Shown: positions 24,348-36,179 of the stretch, one piece after another
Position numbering within the stretch: position 1 is the first letter of the stretch
Layout: each line of letters opens with the position of its first letter
NCBI RefSeq assembly: GCF_001194135.2
Contig: NC_068987.1
Span: forward strand, 69,165,081-69,201,424
DNA length: 36,344 bases
Origin: Octopus bimaculoides
Taxonomy: Eukaryota
Direction: 5' to 3'
The notes under the pieces: model-generated
The model's input: the letters and a program-made list of their open reading frames with translations, nothing else
Told to the model about the DNA's origin: nothing
Database searches by the model: none
Position numbers and translations under genes: made by a program

Positions 24348-24651
24348 GAATGCTGTAATCTTTCTGCTAGTGATAGGACAATTATTAGGGTTATATGTAA
24401 AAGTGTGTTGGAATTCAAGGTAACCTATTACTGGAGTGTGACGAGTTTTCAATATACTCCCACATAGATTGTCGATTTTTTATTTTATCGATGCTTATTT
24501 TTTTAACACACACACACACACACACACACATTTTTTCTATATCAAGGCATTGTATGTGAAATATGGTATTTATTTCAACCAACCACTCCTCGTATGAGAC
24601 ATCAAAATTCATGAAAAGATAGATTTATGTATCAATATTTTTTGTAATTCT

Positions 24652-24888
24652 AAGACGGCGAGCTGGCAGAAACATTAGCACGTCTGGCGAAATGCTTAGG
24701 CGTACTTCGTCTTCCGTTACGTTCTGAATTCAAATTCTGCCTAGGTCGACTTTGCTTTCATCCTTTCGGGGTCGATAAATTAAGTACCAGTTACGCACTG
24801 GGGTCGATGTAATCGATTTAATCCCTTTGTCTGTCCTTGTTTGTCCCCTCCAAGTTTAGTCCCTTCTGGGCAATAAAAAAATAAAAAA
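24652..24888 (+). mobile_element. tRNA-derived SINE, family A, full length
   Basis: Head AAGACGGCGAGCTGGCAGAA (A-box-like), GAATTCAAATTC (B-box-like), body GTCGACTTTGCTTTCATCCTTTCGGGGTCGATAAATTAAGTACC, and an A-rich tail. Confidence 0.92.
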
Positions 24889-25084
24889 GTTAGCACGCCT
24901 GGCGAAATGCTTAGCGGTATTTCGTCTGTCTTTACGTTCTGAAATCAAATTACACCGAGGTCGACTTTGCCTTTCATCCTTTCGGGGTCGATAAATTAAG
25001 TGCCATTTGCGTACTGGGTTCAATCTAATCGTCTGGCTTCCTTCCCCAAAATTTCGGGCCTTTTGTCGCGAGTAGAAAATAATA
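24889..25084 (+). mobile_element. tRNA-derived SINE, family A, slightly 5'-truncated, with a different tail
   Basis: Starts GTTAGCACGCCTGGCGAAATGC directly after the tail of the previous copy. Its tail CCCCAAAATTTCGGGCC...GTAGAAAA is like that of the 31965 copy. Confidence 0.92.
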
Positions 25085-25526
25085 TTTTTGAAATTCTATG
25101 AAAACACTGATACTCTAATGCTATTGATGCACTGATGTGCATCCACTAATACTCTTTACATACTTTATGCATAGGGACAAATTGTAAGCAAATATATATA
25201 AATATTAATATACACATTTTCTATATTATATTTTATCCACCTACAAGTCTTACGTACAAAGACATCAATATGTGTATCTGCCTATATGTTTCACAGTATT
25301 TATGAATGTGTATGTAGGAGTGTATGCGTATGTGAATGTGTCTGTTATTTGTTATACAGTTATGTTTTACCACTGTCAATCACATAAATATATAGACATA
25401 AGATATTATACATGCGCATACGTCTGCGCACGCACACACACTCATGCACACGCATACACACAGATATGTATTGTTATATATGAGCAACTATATAACTCAG
25501 AACAAACATTTACAGCCACCTTCATA

Positions 25527-25977
<451 letters not shown>

Positions 25978-26434
25978 ACACCTATAATGTATAACACATT
26001 TATATAGATTTGTAAATGGAATGAGAGCAAATATAGGAATACTGACAACCATATAGAAGCAATCCCATTCAAACACTGAGAAAGAACTGTGCGTAGAACT
26101 GGTACCAAGTATATCTATATCATTGCAGTCGCTAACATTTCAAACAGAGAGTACATGCTAGGCTTTGCATAAGTATACAGATACCGTTATAGATACATAT
26201 ACAGCAGAAGATGCACCTGTTTTCCAATTAATTTCATTTCCTAAGGAAACCTTACAGATAGAGTATTAAATTGGAAGAGAAATAGATTAGATCCGTCACT
26301 GGGGCATTTTCCAAGATCTTGCTGATCACCCGATAGGCCTTTTAGAAACCACTCACGACTTTCTAAACCGCCATGTTTTGGGGGTTATTACCAAGTGAGT
26401 TACATGTAAATTGAATTACCTGTATTTAGGTATG

Positions 26435-26635
26435 CATGCATGCATGCATGTATGTATGTATGTATGTATGTATGTATGTATGTATGTATGTATGTATTTA
26501 TGTACGTTTGTAGTCATGTACGCGTAATTGGATGCAAGTATGGCAGACTATATATATATATGTATGTACATACGTACGTATACATGTAATCTCTCAATCT
26601 CTCAATCTCTCATTCTCTTTCTCTTTGTCCCTTTA

Positions 26636-26692
<57 letters not shown>

Positions 26693-26730
26693 TTATTTAT
26701 CTATATATATATATATATATTTATATATAT
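26435..26730. repeat. (ATGT)n, (TCTG)n, (TCTA)n and (TA)n microsatellite cluster
   Basis: Directly visible. Confidence 0.9.
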
Positions 26731-26740
26731 CTTAAACATT

Positions 26741-26911
26741 TTGCTTGTCTCAGTCATTACACTATGACCGTGCTGGGGCACCGCACTGAAGAATTTTTAG
26801 CCGGAAAGATCGACTCCAGTACTTTTATTTTAAAGCCTGGTACGTATTCTATCGGTCTGGAAGCGCTGGATAACGGGAAAGTAAACACACCGTGACCGGT
26901 TGTCAAACGGT
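26741..26911 (-). mobile_element. Older SINE family B tail, running into a gap
   Basis: CAGTCATT...GCTGGGGCACCGC...ATCGACTCCAGTAC...AAGCCTGGTACGTATTCTATCGGTC...GTAAACACACC...CGGTTGTCAA aligns with 25540-25672. Confidence 0.8.
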
Positions 26912-27598
26912 NNNNNNNNNNNNNNNNNNNNNNNNNNNNNNNNNNNNNNNNNNNNNNNNNNNNNNNNNNNNNNNNNNNNNNNNNNNNNNNNNNNNNNNNN
27001 NNNNNNNNNNNNNNNNNNNNNNNNNNNNNNNNNNNNNNNNNNNNNNNNNNNNNNNNNNNNNNNNNNNNNNNNNNNNNNNNNNNNNNNNNNNNNNNNNNNN
27101 NNNNNNNNNNNNNNNNNNNNNNNNNNNNNNNNNNNNNNNNNNNNNNNNNNNNNNNNNNNNNNNNNNNNNNNNNNNNNNNNNNNNNNNNNNNNNNNNNNNN
27201 NNNNNNNNNNNNNNNNNNNNNNNNNNNNNNNNNNNNNNNNNNNNNNNNNNNNNNNNNNNNNNNNNNNNNNNNNNNNNNNNNNNNNNNNNNNNNNNNNNNN
27301 NNNNNNNNNNNNNNNNNNNNNNNNNNNNNNNNNNNNNNNNNNNNNNNNNNNNNNNNNNNNNNNNNNNNNNNNNNNNNNNNNNNNNNNNNNNNNNNNNNNN
27401 NNNNNNNNNNNNNNNNNNNNNNNNNNNNNNNNNNNNNNNNNNNNNNNNNNNNNNNNNNNNNNNNNNNNNNNNNNNNNNNNNNNNNNNNNNNNNNNNNNNN
27501 NNNNNNNNNNNNNNNNNNNNNNNNNNNNNNNNNNNNNNNNNNNNNNNNNNNNNNNNNNNNNNNNNNNNNNNNNNNNNNNNNNNNNNNNNNNNNNNNAA

Positions 27599-27635
<37 letters not shown>

Positions 27636-28539
27636 ACTCACACACACACACATATATATCATACACACATGTATATGTACGTACATACAAAAATATACAT
27701 TTCAATGTGTGTGCGTCTGTGTGAGTACGTGTGTGCCCATTTATCTATATATACTTTCTTCTGAGTGTATATTCATTCTATATTTCTCACAACACATACA
27801 CAGACTTAAATACACACATATAGGCTTATATATCTACGCTTCTATGAATATTCGTTTGTATGAGTGCATGCGTGGCGTAATCAATTATCAATCAGTCAAC
27901 ACGTCATACCTTATAATCAGTTCTCTCTATTTTTTTTTATGCCTTCAAAATTAAAACCCTCCCAGACAGAGGTCAACATTTCATAAAATACATAAAAATG
28001 TCTCTCATTGCTACCATCAACTCGCTACATAGACCTTTTATTTATGAAATTTTTACCACGTTGTTTTTCTTTTTTTTTTTACTTGTATTTTATTTTTTAA
28101 TATCCATTTATTATTCTTTATCCCTTGATTAAATTCGATATCTTTCNNNNNNNNNNNNNNNNNNNNNNNNNNNNNNNNNNNNNNNNNNNNNNNNNNNNNN
28201 NNNNNNNNNNNNNNNNNNNNNNNNNNNNNNNNNNNNNNNNNNNNNNNNNNNNNNNNNNNNNNNNNNNNNNNNNNNNNNNNNNNNNNNNNNNNNNNNNNNN
28301 NNNNNNNNNNNNNNNNNNNNNNNNNNNNNNNNNNNNNNNNNNNNNNNNNNNNNNNNNNNNNNNNNNNNNNNNNNNNNNNNNNNNNNNNNNNNNNNNNNNN
28401 NNNNNNNNNNNNNNNNNNNNNNNNNNNNNNNNNNNNNNNNNNNNNNNNNNNNNNNNNNNNNNNNNNNNNNNNNNNNNNNNNNNNNNNNNNNNNNNNNNNN
28501 NNTTTCTCCGTCTTCTATATGTACATATATAAACATACA

Positions 28540-28541
28540 CA

Positions 28542-28577
<36 letters not shown>

Positions 28578-28617
28578 ACACACACACTCTCTCTCTCTCT
28601 CTCTATTACACACACAC

Positions 28618-28648
<31 letters not shown>

Positions 28649-28660
28649 TGTATGTATGTA
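28540..28660. repeat. (CA)n, (CT)n and (ATGT)n microsatellite cluster
   Basis: Directly visible. Confidence 0.9.
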
Positions 28661-31600
28661 TGCATAGCATATATTCATACACAGACAGACTTTGTTCAAT
28701 TATATACAAATATATAATTATATGTAGGTTTATACATTTATATACATTTATTTACTTGCATATACGCTTATGTGTCTGATGTATAGGTGGACGGAGCGTG
28801 TGTGTACATGAATGTGCGTCTCCTATGCAATAAAATTAATTTTTGTCTTCTGCGCTATTGTTCATCACTGCAAAGATCTCGACAAAATGTCCATGAATTA
28901 CCATGAAATAATAATCTTCCATAAAAAACGGTATTAAAAATGTAGAAAAAAATAAAGAAACAATTTAAAGTGTCTTATTCACCCTTCCTGTTTTATTACC
29001 AGCGATGTTGTAATGTTTTACAATTATCTCCAGCAAAAAAATAAATAAATAGATAAAAAAATAAATAAAAATTAGAACAACAACTACTGGCTGAGACCTA
29101 AAACCTATAGTTGAACACTCGACCTGCTAGAAATAGTGGGCAAATTTCACGCAAGCCACTTTCCCCACCGAAGAAAGAAAAATCATGCACAGCAAAATGC
29201 CGTTCTACAGAAAAATGAGACAACCTTGGATGGAATATGTTTGTGTATAAGACATATTAGATGAGAGCTTACTTGGGACGAAAATACCAAAATAACAAAT
29301 GTAGTGCTTAGGATTGTTGACTGAATAGGCTACAGCTTGTAGTATAAATTCAGTACAGGCAAGATTAGTAACTAACACATGAATCATTCCAGATAACTGT
29401 AAACAGGAAACGTTGTTACAGTTCAACGCTCTAAATAGAGATTAGATCCAGAGAGAGAGAGAGAGAGAGAAAGAAAAAGCAAAGGTGAGAGTGGAGTAGT
29501 GAATACTAAATGATTAGCCTATATATCGTTTGTTATACTGTTGATGAGATTCCATGTGAAAATAATTTAGACAGGGGTGATTTCAATAGCTTTACCTAGC
29601 GACCTAATGATTTATGGTAATTAATCACTTTGCAGACACATATATGCCAAAACTCCCTTCGGATTCGAATATAATGTTTTCAATATTTAAAAAGAATAAT
29701 GGTTTAATATACTGGATACAATATGAAACGTTTATTAGATTGCATGTTATTTTTCTCTCTTACCAACATTTTGTGTTTACAGTTTAGTGAGGTTGTAAAA
29801 GCCTGCGCATTTAACGCTTTATCTCCAATTTGCCTTAGAGGCAGATTGGTGGGAAATAGGAAGTCATTCTCAAATCGGAGATCTGGCTCGAATGCTTGCA
29901 GTAGCGTGAACGTAGGTAAAAATACCCAAATGCCCATGTGCTTGTGTTAAATTGGCGAGGGATTTAGTCTGCTCTCTGTTGTATGAAGAGCATCAGGGAA
30001 TGTGAGTCAATTCACATTATATAATTTGATTTCTAACATCTTTGGTTTTCACAGTATGCTTATTATACTGAACTCTTGCACTGACTCAAAACTGTTACTG
30101 ATTCCTACATAGAAGTACACTATCATGAATGAAACAGAGTTTAAAGGACTAATAGTATATACCAGACGGGTATACCGATGTAAGATTTTGTTGGATATGT
30201 CCAATTATTTAACTTACTACGTTTTGTAAGCAAGTATTGCTTGAAATTCTGGTTCAAAGTGATAACGTAAACCACTTTATGTTGTACAAAACTTGATCTG
30301 TGAGAATTTGGGAAACTAAGAAGTTAAGTTGCTTCTTATTTAAGGAGGAGAAGACAGACTAATAAGGATGATGAGTAATACAACAATTCGATTATGGAGT
30401 TGGAGATGAGAGACATTCGCACACCAAGCTGGATGATTTCTGTTATGAAGTCAGTTATCTCTGTATTGCTAATATAACTCTCTCTCTCTCTCTGATCATC
30501 TTTTTTGTTCAGCCCAGCGTTAATCAAAAGAGGTCAAAATATGTTAGAATTAATTTAATGGTCAACTTTTGGAATATTACAAATGCTTTATCTTCATAAT
30601 ATTTGATTTTGTAAATAATTAGAATTCTGATGTTCTTTGCTTATACAAATATCATTATTTGGATATTTCAGCAAGTCAGGGACATGTATAATAGTGGTAT
30701 GAGGTTGATTAATTATTAAAGGGCGACAGTTTAACTAGTCACATCTTAATCGGCATCCATAGGCCATAGGATTTTACAGGAAAGTTTACTTCATTGCAAA
30801 CATTCGGGGAAGATCTAATGCTTCCTTCTCTTCATACTTTTTTGTAAATACAATAACCTGAAGATGTTCAAGTACAGAATTGGGTGCGTCAATCTCGATA
30901 GTTCGAGTAGGACACTAAATATAAATGACTTTTCTCAAAGCTGAGAGATTTGTAACCGTTTGTATAGTGTTTACAATTCCACAGTAATTTAGACATTACA
31001 CGAATGGCAGTCTACTGTAATACTATAGTTTACGTCACTAGTTCAAAAACATTGACGACATTCTGACTGTGGACAGATATTTCTACTATTTTGCCAAGAA
31101 AAGTTATAAGCCACTTCTTAATTTTGCCAGATCTCCGGAGCCAAATGGACGTATTAAGACACACCTATAAACACATAAAATATTCATATTCACATATACA
31201 AAGATGCAAGCCGAAGTTGCATGCCTATTAATCCATTAGAAATTGTTAATCTCTTAGAGAAATGTCATTGCTAATTGAGGTAGTACCCATGCGATTCACA
31301 GCTGAACGCTTCATCTACTGAGCTAATCCTTGAAGTCAATTTTATACTCATAAATCATAACCACTCTACGCCCCAATTTTCATATCAATTACTCAATCCA
31401 ACTCAAGATGGCTTTTTTGTGTTTTAATTGAATCTCCAGAATATTTAATTAATTTCATTTTTATTTTTCAAAATTTCTTTAACGGTTTTGGAGCTCAAAA
31501 ATATTTTATGATAAAATGCATTCGTTATTGTAAAGGGAAAATATAATTCTTTAAAACTATTGATTCTTTCCATAACTCCAAGAAGATCGTTTGGGCGTGT

Positions 31601-31964
31601 CTTGCATAGTAACAATTGCTATTATATGTGTCGTCTTGCATAATACAATTGATGTTATATGCGGGATCCCCGGTAGGCTTTTATGCTAGTTTACTGCTAG
31701 TTAACGAAATATTAGTCAATCATGCAATACTATCCATGAGATATACCTTACTTTCTATCCTCAGTTATATAGATATTGCTGTGGTGATACAAAAGGACTG
31801 TGTAACTGACAAAACATGAATTAAAAGATGTCTCGGTGGTAGGTCAGTATGCTGAAGGGTAGAGCAGGTACTTATCTAGAAAAGCATCTAAGAGATCTCC
31901 ATTCTATCACTAGGGCGCCATTTTTTCTTTGTTCACTTTCTTTCATTCATTATTACTCGTTTAT

Positions 31965-32180
31965 AAGGCGGCGAGATGGCGGAAACGTTAACACGCCGGG
32001 TGAAATGCTTAGTAGCATTTCGTCTGTCGTTACGGTCTGAGTTCAAATTCCACCGAGGTCGACTTTGCTTTTCATCCTTTCGGGGTCGATAAATTAAGTA
32101 CCAGTTGCGTATTAGGGTCGATCTAATCGACTGACCCCCTCCCCCAAAATTTCGGGCCTCTTGCTTAGAGTAGAAAAGAT
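31965..32180 (+). mobile_element. tRNA-derived SINE, family A, full length, with an 18-bp target-site duplication
   Basis: Flanked by identical ATTATTACTCGTTTATAA at 31949-31966 and 32179-32196. Head and body as at 24652. Confidence 0.96.
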
Positions 32181-32337
32181 TATTACTCGTTTATAAATAA
32201 TACTTTAAGCTACTTTTATATGATAAAAACTGGAAAGATTGACTTTGATACATTTCTTCACGTAAATTGCACGAGTAAAGGTATGATTATGTGCAATCTT
32301 ATATACCATGCTACGTTAAGTAGATATATCTTTTTTA

Positions 32338-32620
32338 AATAATGGTTTAAAATTTTATCAAAAGAGCAGCAATTTTGGGGGATGGGATGAGTCGATTACA
32401 TCGACCTCGGTATTCAACTGGTACTTATTTTATCGACCTCGAAGGATGAAAGTGAAGTCGAACTCGGCGGAATTTGAACTCAGATCGTAGGCGAAATACC
32501 GTTAAACATTTCGTCCAACGCGCCAACGATTCTTTTCTATTTTAGGCACGAGACCCGAAATTTTTGGGGAAGGGACCAATCGATTAGATCGACCTTCAAT
32601 AACGATTCTGCTAACTCGTA
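32338..32620 (-). mobile_element. Older SINE family A copy with a 5'-truncated SINE nested in its head (32534-32600)
   Basis: The body is the reverse complement of family A. The head is split at AACGATTCT, which is duplicated at 32525-32533 and 32601-32609 around a tail-only fragment. Confidence 0.85.
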
Positions 32621-33015
32621 CATAATAGAATCGGATAAGGGAATGGGTACCAAACGTGTTTGACGGAAACTATGAAGGGGTACGTCATATTATATGCGAA
32701 CATATACACGCACACACATACACGTGCACACATACATATTTATATTCACGCACACTCTGTATGTGTTTGTGAGTGTATGTATTTTCGGTGATATATAAAG
32801 CCGAAGGTTATACATAAATTTTAGGCAGCAAACCGAATAACCGATCCTTCGTAAACTTTGAGATATCGAGTTTAAAGACTCCTACGTCACTTTATTTTCT
32901 TTTCTTTATAGTGACATTTTCTAAAGGATTACACATTTACAATGGTTTAGAGGGAGACAGAGAGGTGGGGAGAGAAATTGTTTGTGTGTGTGTGTGAGAG
33001 AGAGAGAAAGAAATA

Positions 33016-33047
<32 letters not shown>

Positions 33048-33267
33048 GAGATTGTTTGTGTAAGCGAATTACAGGACGTGCTTATGTGTGCGCATATGTA
33101 TGTGTGCTCTAGTTGTACTGATGGTAATTTAGGAAGTCTTAAGAAGTAAATATTCTGAAAACCATGCAGTCCATCTAGTCTGGCACTTTAGAATTACAGC
33201 ACTGGGCTGAAATTTTGGTTCTACTGTAATGTTTTCGCCTGTAGTATAATGGTGAAATTCGGCAGAC

Positions 33268-33317
33268 AATTAAATCGACTCCGGCACTTGACTGGTACTT
33301 TTATTGACCCCCAAAGG
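33268..33317 (-). mobile_element. SINE family A fragment
   Basis: ATTAAATCGACTCCGGCACTTGACTGGTACTTTTATTGACCCCCAAAGG matches the reverse-complemented body. Confidence 0.7.
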
Positions 33318-35115
33318 TGTGTGTGTGTGTGTGTGGGTGTGTAAGTGGGTGTTATAATGAAAGTCCAAAATGATTTTAGAGGTATTGAAACTTAGAAGAT
33401 AAATAGCTGGAACAAATACGAAAATGTATTTTGTCTGAGTCTCTGCTGCATCTACTAATCTACCATCCTAACTTCCTTGTCACTCTCACCGCTAGAAAAG
33501 CATTAAACTCTGGAGGCCTTTAATCAAAGATACTCTTTTTTCATGAATCTCGATTGAAAATAAAATAAATTTATAGATTTACATTTTTATGCGAAAACAT
33601 TGTGGTAAACTACGAAATAGTGAAAAATCAATAATTCAACTGATTTCTTTATTTATTGAAACCCTTACCCCACAAAAAGTAGAAAAAAAAAAGAAAAAAG
33701 GAAAAAAAAGAAAAAAGGAAAAGAAAACTTCCTTTTGTTGAATAGCGTTCGTCACATTAACAAGAAAATATACTTAGACATATATTTAAAAAGAGAGACT
33801 TCAAATACAAAAGAATGCAAATATAAAACTAAGGCTGATAGAAAAAAATTAATTCTTTCCAAAATCAATAAGGTGTAACGGCTATAGTGACAACGAATCT
33901 CATATCCTTATTGGTAATGTGTTATATTCATAGCAAACATATTCATCACTCAATGGCTCTTTCAACCTAACTCCAAATAGACACAATGAGGCGGTACAGT
34001 ATTTAAAATAATTATTGACTGACATAAAAACATCTCATGCATACGCGCGTGTGCATGCGTGTGTACGTGCATGCGTGCATGTCTGGGTTTTCGGGCGTGT
34101 GTTGTCAACCGGTGTAAAAAGAAATATGGCACAATCGATGTTCTCTCTCCTCGCATTTTCTGACAATCTTTTAACATAGTTAAGCGCTTCTCTGTTGTTC
34201 ACCTAAATATGATGGCCAAACGCATATAATAGTCACATACACTGACATCCATTAGCGTATATGTGTGATATACAGATATTTCACCACAATATTCTTTAAG
34301 ATCGCTATAACTTACATTGTTTAGAAGAGTTCATTGGCCAGAGAAGTCTCTAAGTATTAACCTTTTGATGTATCGAAAAGCCATATCTCACAATTCACAT
34401 TTCCACANNNNNNNNNNNNNNNNNNNNNNNNNNNNNNNNNNNNNNNNNNNNNNNNNNNNNNNNNNNNNNNNNNNNNNNNNNNNNNNNNNNNNNNNNNNNN
34501 NNNNNNNNNNNNNNNNNNNNNNNNNNNNNNNNNNNNNNNNNNNNNNNNNNNNNNNNNNNNNNNNNNNNNNNNNNNNNNNNNNNNNNNNNNNNNNNNNNNN
34601 NNNNNNNNNNNNNNNNNNNNNNNNNNNNNNNNNNNNNNNNNNNNNNNNNNNNNNNNNNNNNNNNNNNNNNNNNNNNNNNNNNNNNNNNNNNNNNNNNNNN
34701 NNNNNNNNNNNNNNNNNNNNNNNNNNNNNNNNNNNNNNNNNNNNNNNNNNNNNNNNNNNNNNNNNNNNNNNNNNNNNNNNNNNNNNNNNNNNNNNNNNNN
34801 NNNNNNNNNNNNNNNNNNNNNNNNNNNNNNNNNNNNNNNNNNNNNNNNNNNNNNNNNNNNNNNNNNNNNNNNNNNNNNNNNNNNNNNNNNNNNNNNNNNN
34901 NNNNNNNNNNNNNNNNNNNNNNNNNNNNNNNNNNNNNNNNNNNTTCCAATAGTTAATTCTTTCCAAAATCAATAAGGTGTCAAAACTATTAAAAAGATTG
35001 CAAGACGCAACGAAAATTTTAGAAAAATAAAAAAAAGGAATAAGCGGAAATTTTACCAGTGAGTGTGTTAAATTATAAGGCACTAAAAGACAATGACTCT
35101 CTCCAGACACAACAG

Positions 35116-35322
35116 AATATATATATATATATTTGTGTGTGTTTGTGTTTGTGACCCATCATCGCTTGACAAGTGATGCTGGTGTGATTAGGACTCCCTT
35201 AACTTAACTTAGCGGTTCGGCAAAAGAGACCGATAGAATAAGTCCTAGGGTCGTTTGCTCGACTAAAGGCAGTGCTCCAGCATGACCGCAGTCAAATGAC
35301 CTAAACAAATAAAAGAATAAAG
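35116..35322 (+). mobile_element. SINE family B 3' half (internal TA/TG run plus tail)
   Basis: CATCGCTTGACAAGTGATGCTGG...AACTTAGCGGTTCGGCAAAAGAGACCGATAGAATAAG...GCTCCAGCATGACCGCAGTCAAATGAC matches the 25527 copy. Confidence 0.9.
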
Positions 35323-35547
35323 GACTATCCAGCACAGAGATAGGCACTTTTAGTATATTACACATAAAAATAATTTGACATACAAACAAGCACTCATACA
35401 TACATACATACATACAAGAGAGTATTGTAGTTCGCTTGAAGCATTGTGTATTATTTGTAAAGAATAAAAAGTTTAGAAAGGTATAACAATGCACTATAGA
35501 ACAAAAAATGGACTATATACCTATTGTAACTTGGTTATCTATAGTCC

Positions 35548-35583
35548 GATGATATTTCGGAATTAGAATTCCTTCTTCAGATC
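35548..35583 (-). ncRNA. Minimal type-I hammerhead-ribozyme-like motif with an intact core (probably Penelope-derived)
   Basis: The sense strand reads GAT-CTGAAGA-A-GGAAT-TCTA-ATTCC-GAAA-TATC-ATC. It has a canonical CUGANGA...GAAA core, a 5-bp stem II, a palindromic ATAT stem III with an AUC triplet, and a 3-bp stem I (GAT/ATC). Confidence 0.5.
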
Positions 35584-35598
35584 TTATTTGCTGGAGTC

Positions 35599-35599
<1 letters not shown>

Positions 35600-35629
<30 letters not shown>

Positions 35630-35672
35630 CATACATACATACACACATACATACATACATACACACATACAT
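35600..35672. repeat. (TACA)n microsatellite
   Basis: Directly visible; its last TA is the mariner insertion site. Confidence 0.95.
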
Positions 35673-35673
35673 A

Positions 35674-36162
35674 CGAGGTGGTAACAAAACGTTCCCGGAC
35701 TAGTTATGTTTAATAAAAAATAGCTTGTTTAACATCATCACCTTTGACTTTTCTCTACATTTCAGGGGACGACGTACGTGACAAGTCTTCCAGATTGCTT
35801 ATCGACTTCCAGGGGGCATTTTCCCGCTTTTGAAACGCCCGTGCCACTCGAAATATCCCATGCGTGCCATTGCTTCGTCGCTGTATGCTTGCAGAAGCAT
35901 GCTCAATATCTTTGTAGCTGCTTCCCAAGTTTAAATCAAAATTTTACGATGGCTCTTCGTTCCAACATCTTGTCAATGACAGAAATCGCAGACTACAGCA
36001 TACACGTGATCACAAAACACAAATTGCGAGGTAAACACAGCGATGTCTTACGACACACTGCCTCATCAATGTCACTGCTAGCTCTCACTGCGCACGCAAC
36101 CGTGTGCTGCAATCTGTTGGTGCGCTATAAAGCTAGTCCGGCAACTTTATGATACCACCTCG
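35674..36162 (-). mobile_element. Complete 489-bp non-autonomous mariner deletion derivative with both TIRs and TA duplication
   Basis: Left end TA|CGAGGTGGTAACAAAACGTTCCCGGACTAG; right end CTAGTCCGGCAACTTTATGATACCACCTCG|TA. The minus strand keeps the transposase start MLERRAIVKF*FKLGK/...MLLQAYSDEAMARMGYFEWHGRFKSGK...DKQSGR and is then deleted to the 3' TIR. Confidence 0.95.
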
Positions 36163-36179
36163 TATCTTTTATCCTTTAT

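Noticed and set aside
31275-31290. TGAGGTAGTA, identical to the start of let-7
   Set aside because: The match stops after 10 nt and there is no precursor hairpin.
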